NCBI GenBank assembly: GCA_026985785.1 | Contig: JALSPT010000163.1 | Span: 1-35,103, forward strand | Direction of reading: 5' to 3' | Source: Anaerolineales bacterium | GTDB lineage: Bacteria; Chloroflexota; Anaerolineae; Anaerolineales; DRMV01 | DNA: 35,103 nucleotides | In this document: positions 7,858 to 16,046 of the stretch, in pieces | Position numbering within the stretch: position 1 is the first letter of the stretch | Layout of the letters: each line of letters opens with the position of its first letter | Translations under genes and position numbers: made by a program | Notes under the pieces: generated by a model | What the model was told of the DNA's origin: nothing | Database searches by the model: none | What the model saw: the letters and a program-made list of their open reading frames with translations, nothing else

Positions 7858-9098
7858 GCGGTGTGTTCCGGTGTCAGGTGCGGGGTTCCCGGTGCGAGGT
7901 GAGACGGCTGACGGCCCACCGTTAACCGTTCCGCCTCAGCCAGCGCTTCGCCCATGGTGGTCATCTTGAGTGCCGTTTCATCCCACTCGCGGGCAGGGTC
8001 GGAGCCGGCCACGATACCCGCCCCGGCGAAAACCACGGCCTGGTCGCCCAGCAACAGAGCCGACCGAATGGCTACAGCCAGTTCGCCGGTGCCATCCGGG
8101 AAAGCGATGCCCACGGGAGCGGCATACCAGCCGCGGGGGTGCGGTTCGTGGCGGGCGATGAAGCGCAGGGCAGCCTCGCGCGGCACGCCGCCCAGGGCCG
8201 GGGTGGGATGCAGCGCGGCGGCCACGTCCAGCAGGCCGACCGCGGGGCGCAATTCTCCCCAAATCGGTGTTTCCAGATGCTGCAATCCCGGCAGGCGGCG
8301 CAGCCGCGGCATGGCGGGGATTTCCAGGCGCTCGGCAAGCGGCGTCAGCGCCTCTCGGATGGCTTCGACCACCCAGGCGTGCTCCCGACGGTCTTTCTCG
8401 CTGTGCAGCAGGGCTTTGCCCAGAGCGGTGTCTTCCTCGGGCGAGCCGCCGCGCCGCGCCGTGCCTGCCAGCGCGGCAGTCTCCACCTGACCCGTCGGCG
8501 TCACTCGGGCCAGGCGCTCCGGCGTTGCGCCGACGAAGGCCACGCCGGGCTGCGGCTCGAACAGGAAACAAAATGCCGTCGGGTGGCGACGATGAAGCGC
8601 CTCCAGCACGGTAACGGGATCGAGCGGCGCCTCGAAGCGCAACACCTCGGCCCGCGCCAGCACCACTTTGTGGAACTCGCCTGCTGCGATGGCTGCCAGT
8701 GCCTGTGAGACGGTGTGCTCCCACTGGAGGCGAGAAGGGCTGGCGAGCAGGGGGGGGAGGGACGGTGTGCCCAAAAGGGTGACTGTTGGCAGAGATGGCA
8801 GTGGCAGCGCGAGCGGGCCGTGCACTTCCTCCGGCAGGGCGGCCAATGCTGCGGGGAAATTTTCCCACCAGGGGCGAGGGTGGTGGTCTTTGGCGGTAAA
8901 GCCAAATCCCACGAAGAATGGCCCGGCTGTGCCCTGCCGTGCGGCGAGGTCGCGGGCCGCCCAGCGGAGCCGTTGGAAGCGATCTTCTCCTTCGGCGACG
9001 GCAGCGGTTCGCAGCCCCAACCCCACCCAGGCCGTGCGCTCGCGCAGCCAGGCAAAACGCGGTCTGCCGTGGGCGCGGCGAAGCAGGTCAAAGGGCAT
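7854..9098 (-). CDS. menF: isochorismate synthase
   Basis: 414-aa chorismate-binding family protein (ATPERL, LHPTPALGG, GWYAAPVG, AGAGIVAGSDP). It is the first biosynthetic gene of the men operon. Confidence 0.85.
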   Translation of the reverse strand: MPFDLLRRAHGRPRFAWLRERTAWVGLGLRTAAVAEGEDRFQRLRWAARDLAARQGTAGPFFVGFGFTAKDHHPRPWWENFPAALAALPEEVHGPLALPLPSLPTVTLLGTPSLPPLLASPSRLQWEHTVSQALAAIAAGEFHKVVLARAEVLRFEAPLDPVTVLEALHRRHPTAFCFLFEPQPGVAFVGATPERLARVTPTGQVETAALAGTARRGGSPEEDTALGKALLHSEKDRREHAWVVEAIREALTPLAERLEIPAMPRLRRLPGLQHLETPIWGELRPAVGLLDVAAALHPTPALGGVPREAALRFIARHEPHPRGWYAAPVGIAFPDGTGELAVAIRSALLLGDQAVVFAGAGIVAGSDPAREWDETALKMTTMGEALAEAERLTVGRQPSHLAPGTPHLTPEHTA

Positions 9099-9702
9099 GG
9101 TCGCGGCCTCCTTCGGATGGCTCGTTCAGCCCGATGGAGCGCAGCAACACGGCCCGCAGGCCGGGCAGCAGGCGCTCCAGCGGCGGCTGGTCGGTGAGCA
9201 GCCAGCGGGCGACCAGTTCGTAAATGGCGCCCACCCAGGCGTAAGCGGTCACTTCGGTATCCATCGGCGGGATGTCGCCCTCCGTCACGGCCTGATCGAG
9301 GTAAGTGCGGATGAGGGCAGCGAAGCGGTCGTTGAGAGCCAGGCGCTGGTGCTCGAAGCGCTCGCCCAACCCCACCGCCTGGACGAGGAAAATCTTCGCC
9401 AGGGCGCGATACTCGGCAAAGGTATGCAGCCCGGCTTCCAACGCCGCGGTGACGCGCTGCACGCCGCCCTGCTCAGCCGCGATGGCCTGGGTGAGCCGCT
9501 CCTCCAGCAGCCCGGCGAAATGCTCGATGATGGCCAGGAAAAGCCGCTCCTTGCCGGGGAAGTGAAAGTACACGCCGCCTTTGGAGACCTGAGCCTCGGC
9601 GACGATGTCGTCCATGCGGGCATCGTGATAGCCTTTGCGGGCAAAAACGCGGATGGCCGCGTCAAGGATGCGTTGGCGGGTCGTAGCGGGAGAAACAGGC
9701 AT
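9088..9702 (-). CDS. TetR/AcrR family transcriptional regulator
   Basis: 204 aa with an N-terminal HTH, RILDAAIRVFARKGYHDARMDDIVAEAQVSKGGVYFHFPGKE. It overlaps the menF start by 11 nt. Confidence 0.9.
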   Translation of the reverse strand: MPVSPATTRQRILDAAIRVFARKGYHDARMDDIVAEAQVSKGGVYFHFPGKERLFLAIIEHFAGLLEERLTQAIAAEQGGVQRVTAALEAGLHTFAEYRALAKIFLVQAVGLGERFEHQRLALNDRFAALIRTYLDQAVTEGDIPPMDTEVTAYAWVGAIYELVARWLLTDQPPLERLLPGLRAVLLRSIGLNEPSEGGRDHAL

Positions 9703-9748
9703 GGTTTTACCTTAAGGGGTGGGGTAGGGCAGCCGAAGGGCTTTTTGT

Positions 9749-9764
9749 GACCGACTGGTCGGTC
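9749..9764. promoter_or_regulatory. candidate TetR operator, GACCGAC-TG-GTCGGTC
   Basis: Perfect 7-bp inverted arms, placed 3 nt downstream of the predicted -10 of the tetR-men promoter, which is the transcription start region. Confidence 0.4.
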
Positions 9765-9767
9765 GCG

Positions 9768-9776
9768 AGTATACCA
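9768..9776 (-). promoter_or_regulatory. extended -10 promoter (TGGTATACT) for tetR-men
   Basis: The minus strand reads TGG-TATACT. It lies 66 nt upstream of the tetR ATG. The -35 is poor. Confidence 0.45.
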
Positions 9777-9811
9777 CAACGTGTCCGGTTGCAGCCTTTT
9801 CCCCTGCGGTC

Positions 9812-9842
9812 TTGGTGTTTGTCCTCTTTTGGGTGATAAAAT
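9812..9842 (+). promoter_or_regulatory. candidate promoter, TTGGTG-19 nt-TAAAAT with TGn extension
   Basis: TTGGTG at 9812-9817 and TGATAAAAT at 9834-9842. It is divergent from the tetR promoter. Confidence 0.35.
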
Positions 9843-9953
9843 CGTGAATTGCGTAAAAATGCCCCTGGTGGTATGCTTATGGATGGGTAGCAGCCGGTTG
9901 CTGCTGTGCGTCGGAGGCCGAAATCCTTGAACGTGACTTTGGAGGCGACAAAG

Positions 9954-10670
9954 ATGACTGCCCGCATGAAACGCAAAGCCGGTGTGGCCCTTTTGGTGCT
10001 CAGCGTGGTGTTGAGCGTGGTGTTGGCCGGTATGATGGTGTGGGCCAATACCGAGGCGGTGTATTATGGTTTTCCCCACATGACCAACAACCATTTGACG
10101 GCTTTGCATTGCCCCCATTTCATGGTTTGGGACGAGGTTGCCACGGTCAGCGCCAAAATCAAAAACACCACCGATCACCCGGCAACGGTCGGCGTCAAGT
10201 CGTGGGTCAGCGTGCCGCTGGCGTGGGAATTGGAGACGACATACCACAAGTTGCAGCCGGGGGAGCGTTGGATTTGGGTCCGGCAAGTAGGCCCCGAAAA
10301 TCGCGAACTACGCCATTTTGTCTTTGTGAGCGTGTACGTCTTTGGTGGGTATCCCATGCCGGAGCGGCAGAGTATGTGCGGGATATATGTGCTGCCGCTG
10401 AAGGGTATGCGGGGCGAGGTGGTGATGTGGGTTGCCATCGTGCTGGTGCTGGCGTTGCTGGTGGGGGGACTGGCACTTTGGCGGCGTGGTGAGGGCGCGG
10501 CCCGCAGCGGGATCGTAGCCACTCGCATCATACATTTCTTTGCGGTGATGGTGCCGCTTACACTGGGTGTTGCTTTGTGGATGAACTGGACGTTGGGTGT
10601 GGTGGTGCTGGTGGTGGATGTGTTGATGGTAGTAATTGTCGGCTTGAGTTTTGTGATGCACATGGAATAG
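9954..10670 (+). CDS. hypothetical membrane protein (N-terminal anchor, soluble domain, C-terminal TM helices)
   Basis: I moved the ORF-track entry 9906-10670 to the ATG at 9954, which is preceded by GGAGG at 9941-9945. Hydrophobic segments include VALLVLSVVLSVVLAGMMVW and VVMWVAIVLVLALLVGGLALW. I recognised no family. Confidence 0.55.
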   Translation: MTARMKRKAGVALLVLSVVLSVVLAGMMVWANTEAVYYGFPHMTNNHLTALHCPHFMVWDEVATVSAKIKNTTDHPATVGVKSWVSVPLAWELETTYHKLQPGERWIWVRQVGPENRELRHFVFVSVYVFGGYPMPERQSMCGIYVLPLKGMRGEVVMWVAIVLVLALLVGGLALWRRGEGAARSGIVATRIIHFFAVMVPLTLGVALWMNWTLGVVVLVVDVLMVVIVGLSFVMHME

Positions 10671-10687
10671 GGCGGCAATGGAGGGGC

Positions 10688-11188
10688 TCACCGCTGCTCG
10701 TGAAGCAGGCTTTGCAAAAGTCGGATGACGTGGGTGTCGGTAGAGAATTTGAGGGGCGGCGGGGCGTGAAAAGGGAAAAAGCGCACTTCTACCAGGTCGC
10801 CGCCGGGCCGCAAGTCTCCCCCTGTGGCTTTACCACGATACCAGATGCCCACCGTGTGATGAGCAGGGTCGTGAAAGTTGGATTGCACCGCCAGCACCTC
10901 CGAGAGGGTGACCTGGAGGCCGGTTTCTTCGAGAAACTCTCGCCGGGCTGCTTCTTCGACGGTTTCGTCCCATTCCACGTGGCCGCAGGGGATACACCAT
11001 CCACCCTCGCGCCGTTGACCTAACAGAATGGTGCCGTTTTGAATCAGCGCCACCGCGACGCCGACGGTGGGGTTGCGGTAATGGATCCACCCGCAGCGCG
11101 GGCAACGCTTGCGCAGACGCTCGCCGTCGTGGAACGGCTGCAACGGTGCGCCACACAAAGGGCAATAGCGAAAATCGCCGGGCTTCAT
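10688..11188 (-). CDS. NUDIX hydrolase with an N-terminal zinc ribbon
   Basis: CPLCG...CPRCG is followed by the Nudix box GHVEWDETVEEAARREFLEETGL. Confidence 0.85.
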   Translation of the reverse strand: MKPGDFRYCPLCGAPLQPFHDGERLRKRCPRCGWIHYRNPTVGVAVALIQNGTILLGQRREGGWCIPCGHVEWDETVEEAARREFLEETGLQVTLSEVLAVQSNFHDPAHHTVGIWYRGKATGGDLRPGGDLVEVRFFPFHAPPPLKFSTDTHVIRLLQSLLHEQR

Positions 11189-11718
11189 CCCTGGCCGGAG
11201 AGCACGTCTTGCAGGTTGGGGGTATCGGGGTGCTCGCGTCGCTCGGCGCGCAGGCGGCGCGCTTCTTCCAGGCGCTGGCGCCGCAACTTGTGGATGCCGA
11301 AAACGAGCACGACCAGTAGCAGGCCCAGCACCACCAACTCGGCCATGAAAAGGGTAAAACGCGTTTCGTGTTGCTCGAGGAAACGGTTGCTTTCGGCGGT
11401 AATGATGATGATCCGCCGCACTACCGAGATCAATCCAACCACCAGGAACGGTTCGCTGAACATGCGCCGCTGGGTGAGGGAGATCTTGACCATTTGCAGG
11501 ATTTCACCCAGCATGGAGACGACCAATAACTGGTCGAGAATGCTCAAAGGGTCGAAAGCGGCGTGGGTTGGATGGAGCAGCCAGGGCGCGAAGTATTGCC
11601 ACCAAATTTGCACCAGAGCCCCCATGGCTGCCAGGAGAAGGGTAAACCCAATGCCAACATAGACGAGGGCCTCGGCGCGCGACCAGAGGCGAAGCATTTT
11701 TTGCATGGTGTTTTCCAT
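11185..11718 (-). CDS. small integral membrane protein, possibly PsiE-like
   Basis: 177 aa with four hydrophobic helices and a charged C-terminal tail. It has an ATGA overlap with the NUDIX gene. The family assignment is tentative. Confidence 0.5.
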   Translation of the reverse strand: MENTMQKMLRLWSRAEALVYVGIGFTLLLAAMGALVQIWWQYFAPWLLHPTHAAFDPLSILDQLLVVSMLGEILQMVKISLTQRRMFSEPFLVVGLISVVRRIIIITAESNRFLEQHETRFTLFMAELVVLGLLLVVLVFGIHKLRRQRLEEARRLRAERREHPDTPNLQDVLSGQG

Positions 11719-11721
11719 GGA

Positions 11722-12564
11722 TCACTCGGTCAAAATATGGATGCCCAGCGTTTTTGGGCCCAAGAGAACGGCGCTGACGGTGTTGATTTCGCTGACGTGA
11801 ACGGGGACGGCTATTTTGTCGGTCAGACGGGTGTGTAGATTGTAGGCGGCGCGGTGGAAATGGGTGGTGTGGTGGGTGATGCCGATGCGTTGGAGATTGG
11901 TGAATTCCAAAGTGAATTCTTCCATGATGTCCAGCACGTGGCGGGAGGAGCGGGCTTTTTGAAGAGGGACCAGACGACCGGTTTCCAGAACGAAGAAGGG
12001 GTACATTTCCAGCATTTCGCCGATGATGGCCTGCGCGGGTTCCAGGAAGCCACTGTGGTGAAGGTAGGTGAGGGAGCGGAGGCAGAAGGCGGCGTACAGG
12101 CGTTGTACCATCCCGCGGATGTGGCTGAGGATGGTGAAGATGTCGGCGTCTTGGGCAGCCAGGGCAGCGGCTTCCTGAACGAGCCACCCCAAACCGAGGT
12201 CCAACGTGTGGGTGTCGACGAGATAGACGGGACGATGCTTGCTGAGGGTGTTGACGGCTTCGGCGGCGCGTTGGAAGAGGTCGGTGAGGCTGCTGCCCAT
12301 TGGAAGGAAGAGCAGGCTATCGTACTTGTTCAACAAGGCTTTGATCTGACGGGCGATTTCGGTGGGGGAGGGGAGTTGCAGGCGAGGGGGGGGCTGATGG
12401 AGAAGGCTGGGAGGTAGGGCGGCGGTCAGACGGGCGCTGGGGGGAAGGTAGTGCTGCCCCTCCCACAGGATGGGAAGGGGCAGAATGTGTACCCGTTCGC
12501 TACCGGTAAAACGGGGCGTGAGGAAGTGCGCCGATGCGTCGGTGATGATGCCCACGCCGCGCAT
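11722..12564 (-). CDS. DegV family fatty-acid-binding protein (FakB-like)
   Basis: I trimmed the start to the ATG at 12564, 4 nt after the upstream stop. The N-terminus is GIITDASAHF. It is directly downstream of the DAK2/FakA gene, the conserved pairing. Confidence 0.7.
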   Translation of the reverse strand: MRGVGIITDASAHFLTPRFTGSERVHILPLPILWEGQHYLPPSARLTAALPPSLLHQPPPRLQLPSPTEIARQIKALLNKYDSLLFLPMGSSLTDLFQRAAEAVNTLSKHRPVYLVDTHTLDLGLGWLVQEAAALAAQDADIFTILSHIRGMVQRLYAAFCLRSLTYLHHSGFLEPAQAIIGEMLEMYPFFVLETGRLVPLQKARSSRHVLDIMEEFTLEFTNLQRIGITHHTTHFHRAAYNLHTRLTDKIAVPVHVSEINTVSAVLLGPKTLGIHILTE

Positions 12565-12568
12565 GGGT

Positions 12569-14251
12569 TTACTCCAGCGAGAGGATGAGGGGGTAGTGGG
12601 GCTGGCCACCAAACCACACCTCGATTTCCAGGTCGGGGTAGGTTTCGCGGATGACGTCGGCCAGGCGATGGGCTTCGCTCTTGGAGAGGCCGTCGCCGTA
12701 GAACATGGTGAGCAGTTCGCGGTTTTCGGCCTCGGCTTGCTTGAGTAGGCTGAGCACGGCTTCGTCGAGGCTGCTGGCGGCCAGCACCAGTTTGCCGTCC
12801 AGCAGGGCGATGTATTCCCCCTCGTTGACGGCCACGCCGTCGAGTTCTACCGTGCGGGTGGCGATGGTGATCTCGCCGCTGAGGACGTCTCGCATACTTT
12901 CTTGCATGGCCTCGGCCACGGCTTCCAGTTCGCCGTCTGGGTCGAAAGCCAACATGGCGCCCAAGCCTTGGGGCACGGTGCGGCTGGGGATGACCGCCAC
13001 TTGCTTGACCGTGACCTCTTTGGCCTGTTGAGCCGCCAGGATGACGTTCTTGTTGTTGGGCAAAATCACGATTTTGTCGGTCGGTAGGTTTTCGAAGGCG
13101 CGCAGGATATCCTGGGTGCTGGGGTTCATCGTCTGTCCGCCTTCGACGATGGCCGCCGCCCCCAGGCTGGCAAACACGCGGGCAATGCCCGGCCCCGGCG
13201 CTACCACCACCGCGGCGATCTGCCCCGGTTCGACATTGGCCAGTTCGTAGCGGGTGCCTTCTGGCCCTTCTTCCTGCGCTTCCATCTGGGCAATCAGGTT
13301 TTCGATTTGCACTCGTGTCACCGTGCCCAGGGACATTGCGTAGTCGATCGGCTTGTAGCGGTTTTCGGTGGGAACGTGAATGTGCAGGCGGTACATGCCG
13401 TCGCCTTCACCTACCTGGATGGAGGTGCCCATCGCTTCCAGCGTGTTGTAAAACTTGGGCAGGTCGAGGGGTTGGTGGGGGCGAAAATCCAATACGACTT
13501 CGTAGTCTTGCCCTGGCTCGACGGCTTCGTGGGCGTGTTCCAGATCCAAAGCGGCCAGCGGTTTGACGGTGGTGAGTGCCTGGTCCAGCGGCAGACCGTC
13601 GACGTGGCGCAACATGCCTTCCAGGATGAAGAAGAGCCCCTTGCCTCCCGAATCGACCACGCCGGCCTCTTTGAGCACGGGCAGCAGGTCGGGCGTGCGC
13701 TCCACCGAGGCGTCGGCGGCCAATACCACGGCCTCGAGCAAGGCGATCGGGTCGTCGCTTGTTTTCAGGGCTTCTTCGGCTGCGGCGGCGATGTCTTTGG
13801 CCACGGTGAGGATGGTGCCTTCTACCGGACGTACCACCCCTTTGTAGGCCGTGTCGCGCGCTGCTCGAAGCCCGGCAACCAGCACGTCCGCGGTCAGGAC
13901 GGCGTGGGGTTTCACCGCTTTGGCAAAGCCGCGCCAGAGTTGGGAGAGGATCACGCCGGAGTTGCCCCGCGCCCCCATCAGCGCACCGTGCGCCACGGCC
14001 TGGCTCATTTGGCCGAAGTGCTCTTCTGGGGAATGGGCAATCTCCTCCCAGGCGGCCTGCATGGTGAGGGTCATGTTGGTGCCGGTATCGCCATCGGGCA
14101 CGGGGAAGACGTTGAGGGCGTTGACGACCTCCTGGTTGGTGCGCAGCCAGGTTAGCGCGGCTTCGACCAGGCGTTTGAGCGCTTGGCCGTCGATGGGTTT
14201 GCGGCGGATGGCGCGGCGTCGGGTTTCGTTGGGGGTGATGGTCACGGCCAT
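12569..14251 (-). CDS. fakA: DAK2-domain protein (YloV/FakA, fatty acid kinase ATP-binding subunit)
   Basis: 560 aa with LNVFPVPDGDTGTNM and GARGNSGVILSQ (the DhaL/Dak2 motifs). It sits between asp23 and degV. Confidence 0.85.
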   Translation of the reverse strand: MAVTITPNETRRRAIRRKPIDGQALKRLVEAALTWLRTNQEVVNALNVFPVPDGDTGTNMTLTMQAAWEEIAHSPEEHFGQMSQAVAHGALMGARGNSGVILSQLWRGFAKAVKPHAVLTADVLVAGLRAARDTAYKGVVRPVEGTILTVAKDIAAAAEEALKTSDDPIALLEAVVLAADASVERTPDLLPVLKEAGVVDSGGKGLFFILEGMLRHVDGLPLDQALTTVKPLAALDLEHAHEAVEPGQDYEVVLDFRPHQPLDLPKFYNTLEAMGTSIQVGEGDGMYRLHIHVPTENRYKPIDYAMSLGTVTRVQIENLIAQMEAQEEGPEGTRYELANVEPGQIAAVVVAPGPGIARVFASLGAAAIVEGGQTMNPSTQDILRAFENLPTDKIVILPNNKNVILAAQQAKEVTVKQVAVIPSRTVPQGLGAMLAFDPDGELEAVAEAMQESMRDVLSGEITIATRTVELDGVAVNEGEYIALLDGKLVLAASSLDEAVLSLLKQAEAENRELLTMFYGDGLSKSEAHRLADVIRETYPDLEIEVWFGGQPHYPLILSLE

Positions 14252-14260
14252 GAAGGTCTC

Positions 14261-14671
14261 CTACTTTTTCGAGGTTTCTTTCTTGCTGCTTTTGGCTTTT
14301 TTCTGCTTGTCTTCTTTTTCGCCATTGCTCACCCGCAACCCGCGCACGTGGACGTTCACGGCTTTGACCGGCAGGCCGACGGTTTTTTCGACGTGATAGC
14401 GCACCAAGTTGGCAGCGCTGTTGGCTACCGCCGTGATGCGTGTGCCGTATTCCACGATGATGTAGAGGTCGATTTCGATGCCTTCGTCATCGTAGCGCAC
14501 GGCGATGCCCTCGGTAGGGTCTTTGGCCAGGGCGTGGGCAATGCCGCTAACCATGTTCTTGGGGGCCAGCCCCACCACGCCGTAGGATTTGAGGACGGCC
14601 TGGTGAGCGATGGCAGCAATCACTCGGGGGGAAATATGGATGGTACCTAAGGGCGTTTTGTCGTTGCTCAT
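14261..14671 (-). CDS. Asp23/Gls24 family stress protein (YloU-like)
   Basis: 136 aa with GTIHISPRVIAAIAHQAVLKSYGVVGL and VNVHVRGL, plus a Lys-rich tail. GAGG lies 8 nt upstream of the ATG. Confidence 0.9.
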   Translation of the reverse strand: MSNDKTPLGTIHISPRVIAAIAHQAVLKSYGVVGLAPKNMVSGIAHALAKDPTEGIAVRYDDEGIEIDLYIIVEYGTRITAVANSAANLVRYHVEKTVGLPVKAVNVHVRGLRVSNGEKEDKQKKAKSSKKETSKK

Positions 14672-14783
14672 GGGGAACCTCGCTGGGATGATTTCTCAGG
14701 AAGGGGAAAAGCAAGCGCGCTGGCTACAACGATGTAGTGCGTTAGAGGAGATTTTCGCCGTAAGGGCGCACATCAGTTTAACC

Positions 14784-14983
14784 GGGTGCACTCAAATGTT
14801 GTAGATAAGGCTATCGTATGGCTAGATCTCTCCCCACCCCCTGGCGGAGGCTGTCCTTCGTGAGGACAGCCTCCGCCTTCCCCCTCCCCTCCCTTCAGTA
14901 AGGGAGGGGAGGGGGAGGCCGCCGTAGGCGGCGGGGGAGGGGTGAGATCCTGAAAAGTGCTTCTACGACATTTGCTTGCACCC
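14784..14983. mobile_element. MITE-like element, copy A (200 bp)
   Basis: Imperfect terminal inverted repeats: GGGTGCACTCAAATGTTGTAGA at the left end, and the reverse complement of GGGTGCAAGCAAATGTCGTAGA at the right end. 9-bp direct repeats AGTTTAACC flank it at 14775-14783 and 14984-14992. It has a GATC-bounded palindromic core at 14825-14949. It is nearly identical to the reverse complement of 17196-17396. Confidence 0.85.
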
Positions 14984-14999
14984 AGTTTAACCCAAAATG

Positions 15000-15028
15000 T
15001 TGCTCGTGGACGCGGTTTGTGGTAAGAT
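15000..15028 (+). promoter_or_regulatory. candidate rpmB promoter, TTGCTC-17 nt-TAAGAT with TGn extension
   Basis: TTGCTC at 15000-15005 and TGGTAAGAT at 15020-15028. It lies 64 nt upstream of the rpmB ATG. Confidence 0.45.
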
Positions 15029-15091
15029 TGCCCGCGCCGTGCGAGGGACACGGTGTGTTGGCGCGTTATCCTGGCGAAAAGGATGGGTATC

Positions 15092-15274
15092 ATGGCGAAG
15101 TGTGAAATTTGTGGCAAAACGACAACCTTTGGGCGCAATCGCCCTTGGTCGAAGAAGTCCACGCCGCGTGCTTTTCGCCCCAATCTCCACAAGGTTACTG
15201 TGTGGGAAAACGGGCGCAAGGTGCGCAAGACCGTGTGCACACGCTGCCTGCGCACCATGGTCAAGACGAAGTAA
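15092..15274 (+). CDS. rpmB: 50S ribosomal protein L28
   Basis: MAKCEICGKTTTFGRNRPWSKKSTPRAFRPNLHKVTVWENGRKVRKTVCTRCLRTMVK. I trimmed the ORF-track entry 15053-15274 to the internal ATG. Confidence 0.95.
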   Translation: MAKCEICGKTTTFGRNRPWSKKSTPRAFRPNLHKVTVWENGRKVRKTVCTRCLRTMVKTK

Positions 15275-15300
15275 CCCGTTTCGACAGAAGACTGTCGGCG

Positions 15301-15327
15301 AAAACACGGCATGGCCGTGTTTTTTCG
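15301..15327. terminator. bidirectional intrinsic terminator between rpmB and rpe
   Basis: AAACACGGC-atg-GCCGTGTTT hairpin with T-runs on both strands. A second small hairpin, CGACAG-aaga-CTGTCG, lies just upstream. Confidence 0.6.
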
Positions 15328-15330
15328 CTT

Positions 15331-15996
<666 letters not shown>

Positions 15997-16003
15997 GGCG
16001 GGA

Positions 16004-16012
16004 ATTATAGCA
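16004..16012 (-). promoter_or_regulatory. extended -10 promoter (TGCTATAAT), 7 nt from the rpe ATG, suggesting a leaderless mRNA
   Basis: The minus strand reads TGC-TATAAT-tcccgcc-ATG. There is no SD sequence. Confidence 0.4.
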
Positions 16013-16023
16013 CGGAGAAAGGC

Positions 16024-16046
16024 AAAAAAAAACGCCCACGGGCGGG
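16024..16046 (-). terminator. candidate terminator after the kinase gene
   Basis: On the minus strand a short GC hairpin (CGCC-cgtg-GGCG) immediately after the TGA stop is followed by T9. The stem is weak. Confidence 0.4.

Noticed and set aside
14773-15312. 179-aa minus-strand ORF, plus ORFs 17140-17388 and 17198-17416.
   Set aside because: They read straight through the MITE copies (which gives the PPPPTAASPSPP..KGGEGEGG strings), and the first is antisense to rpmB. They have no RBS and no recognisable family.
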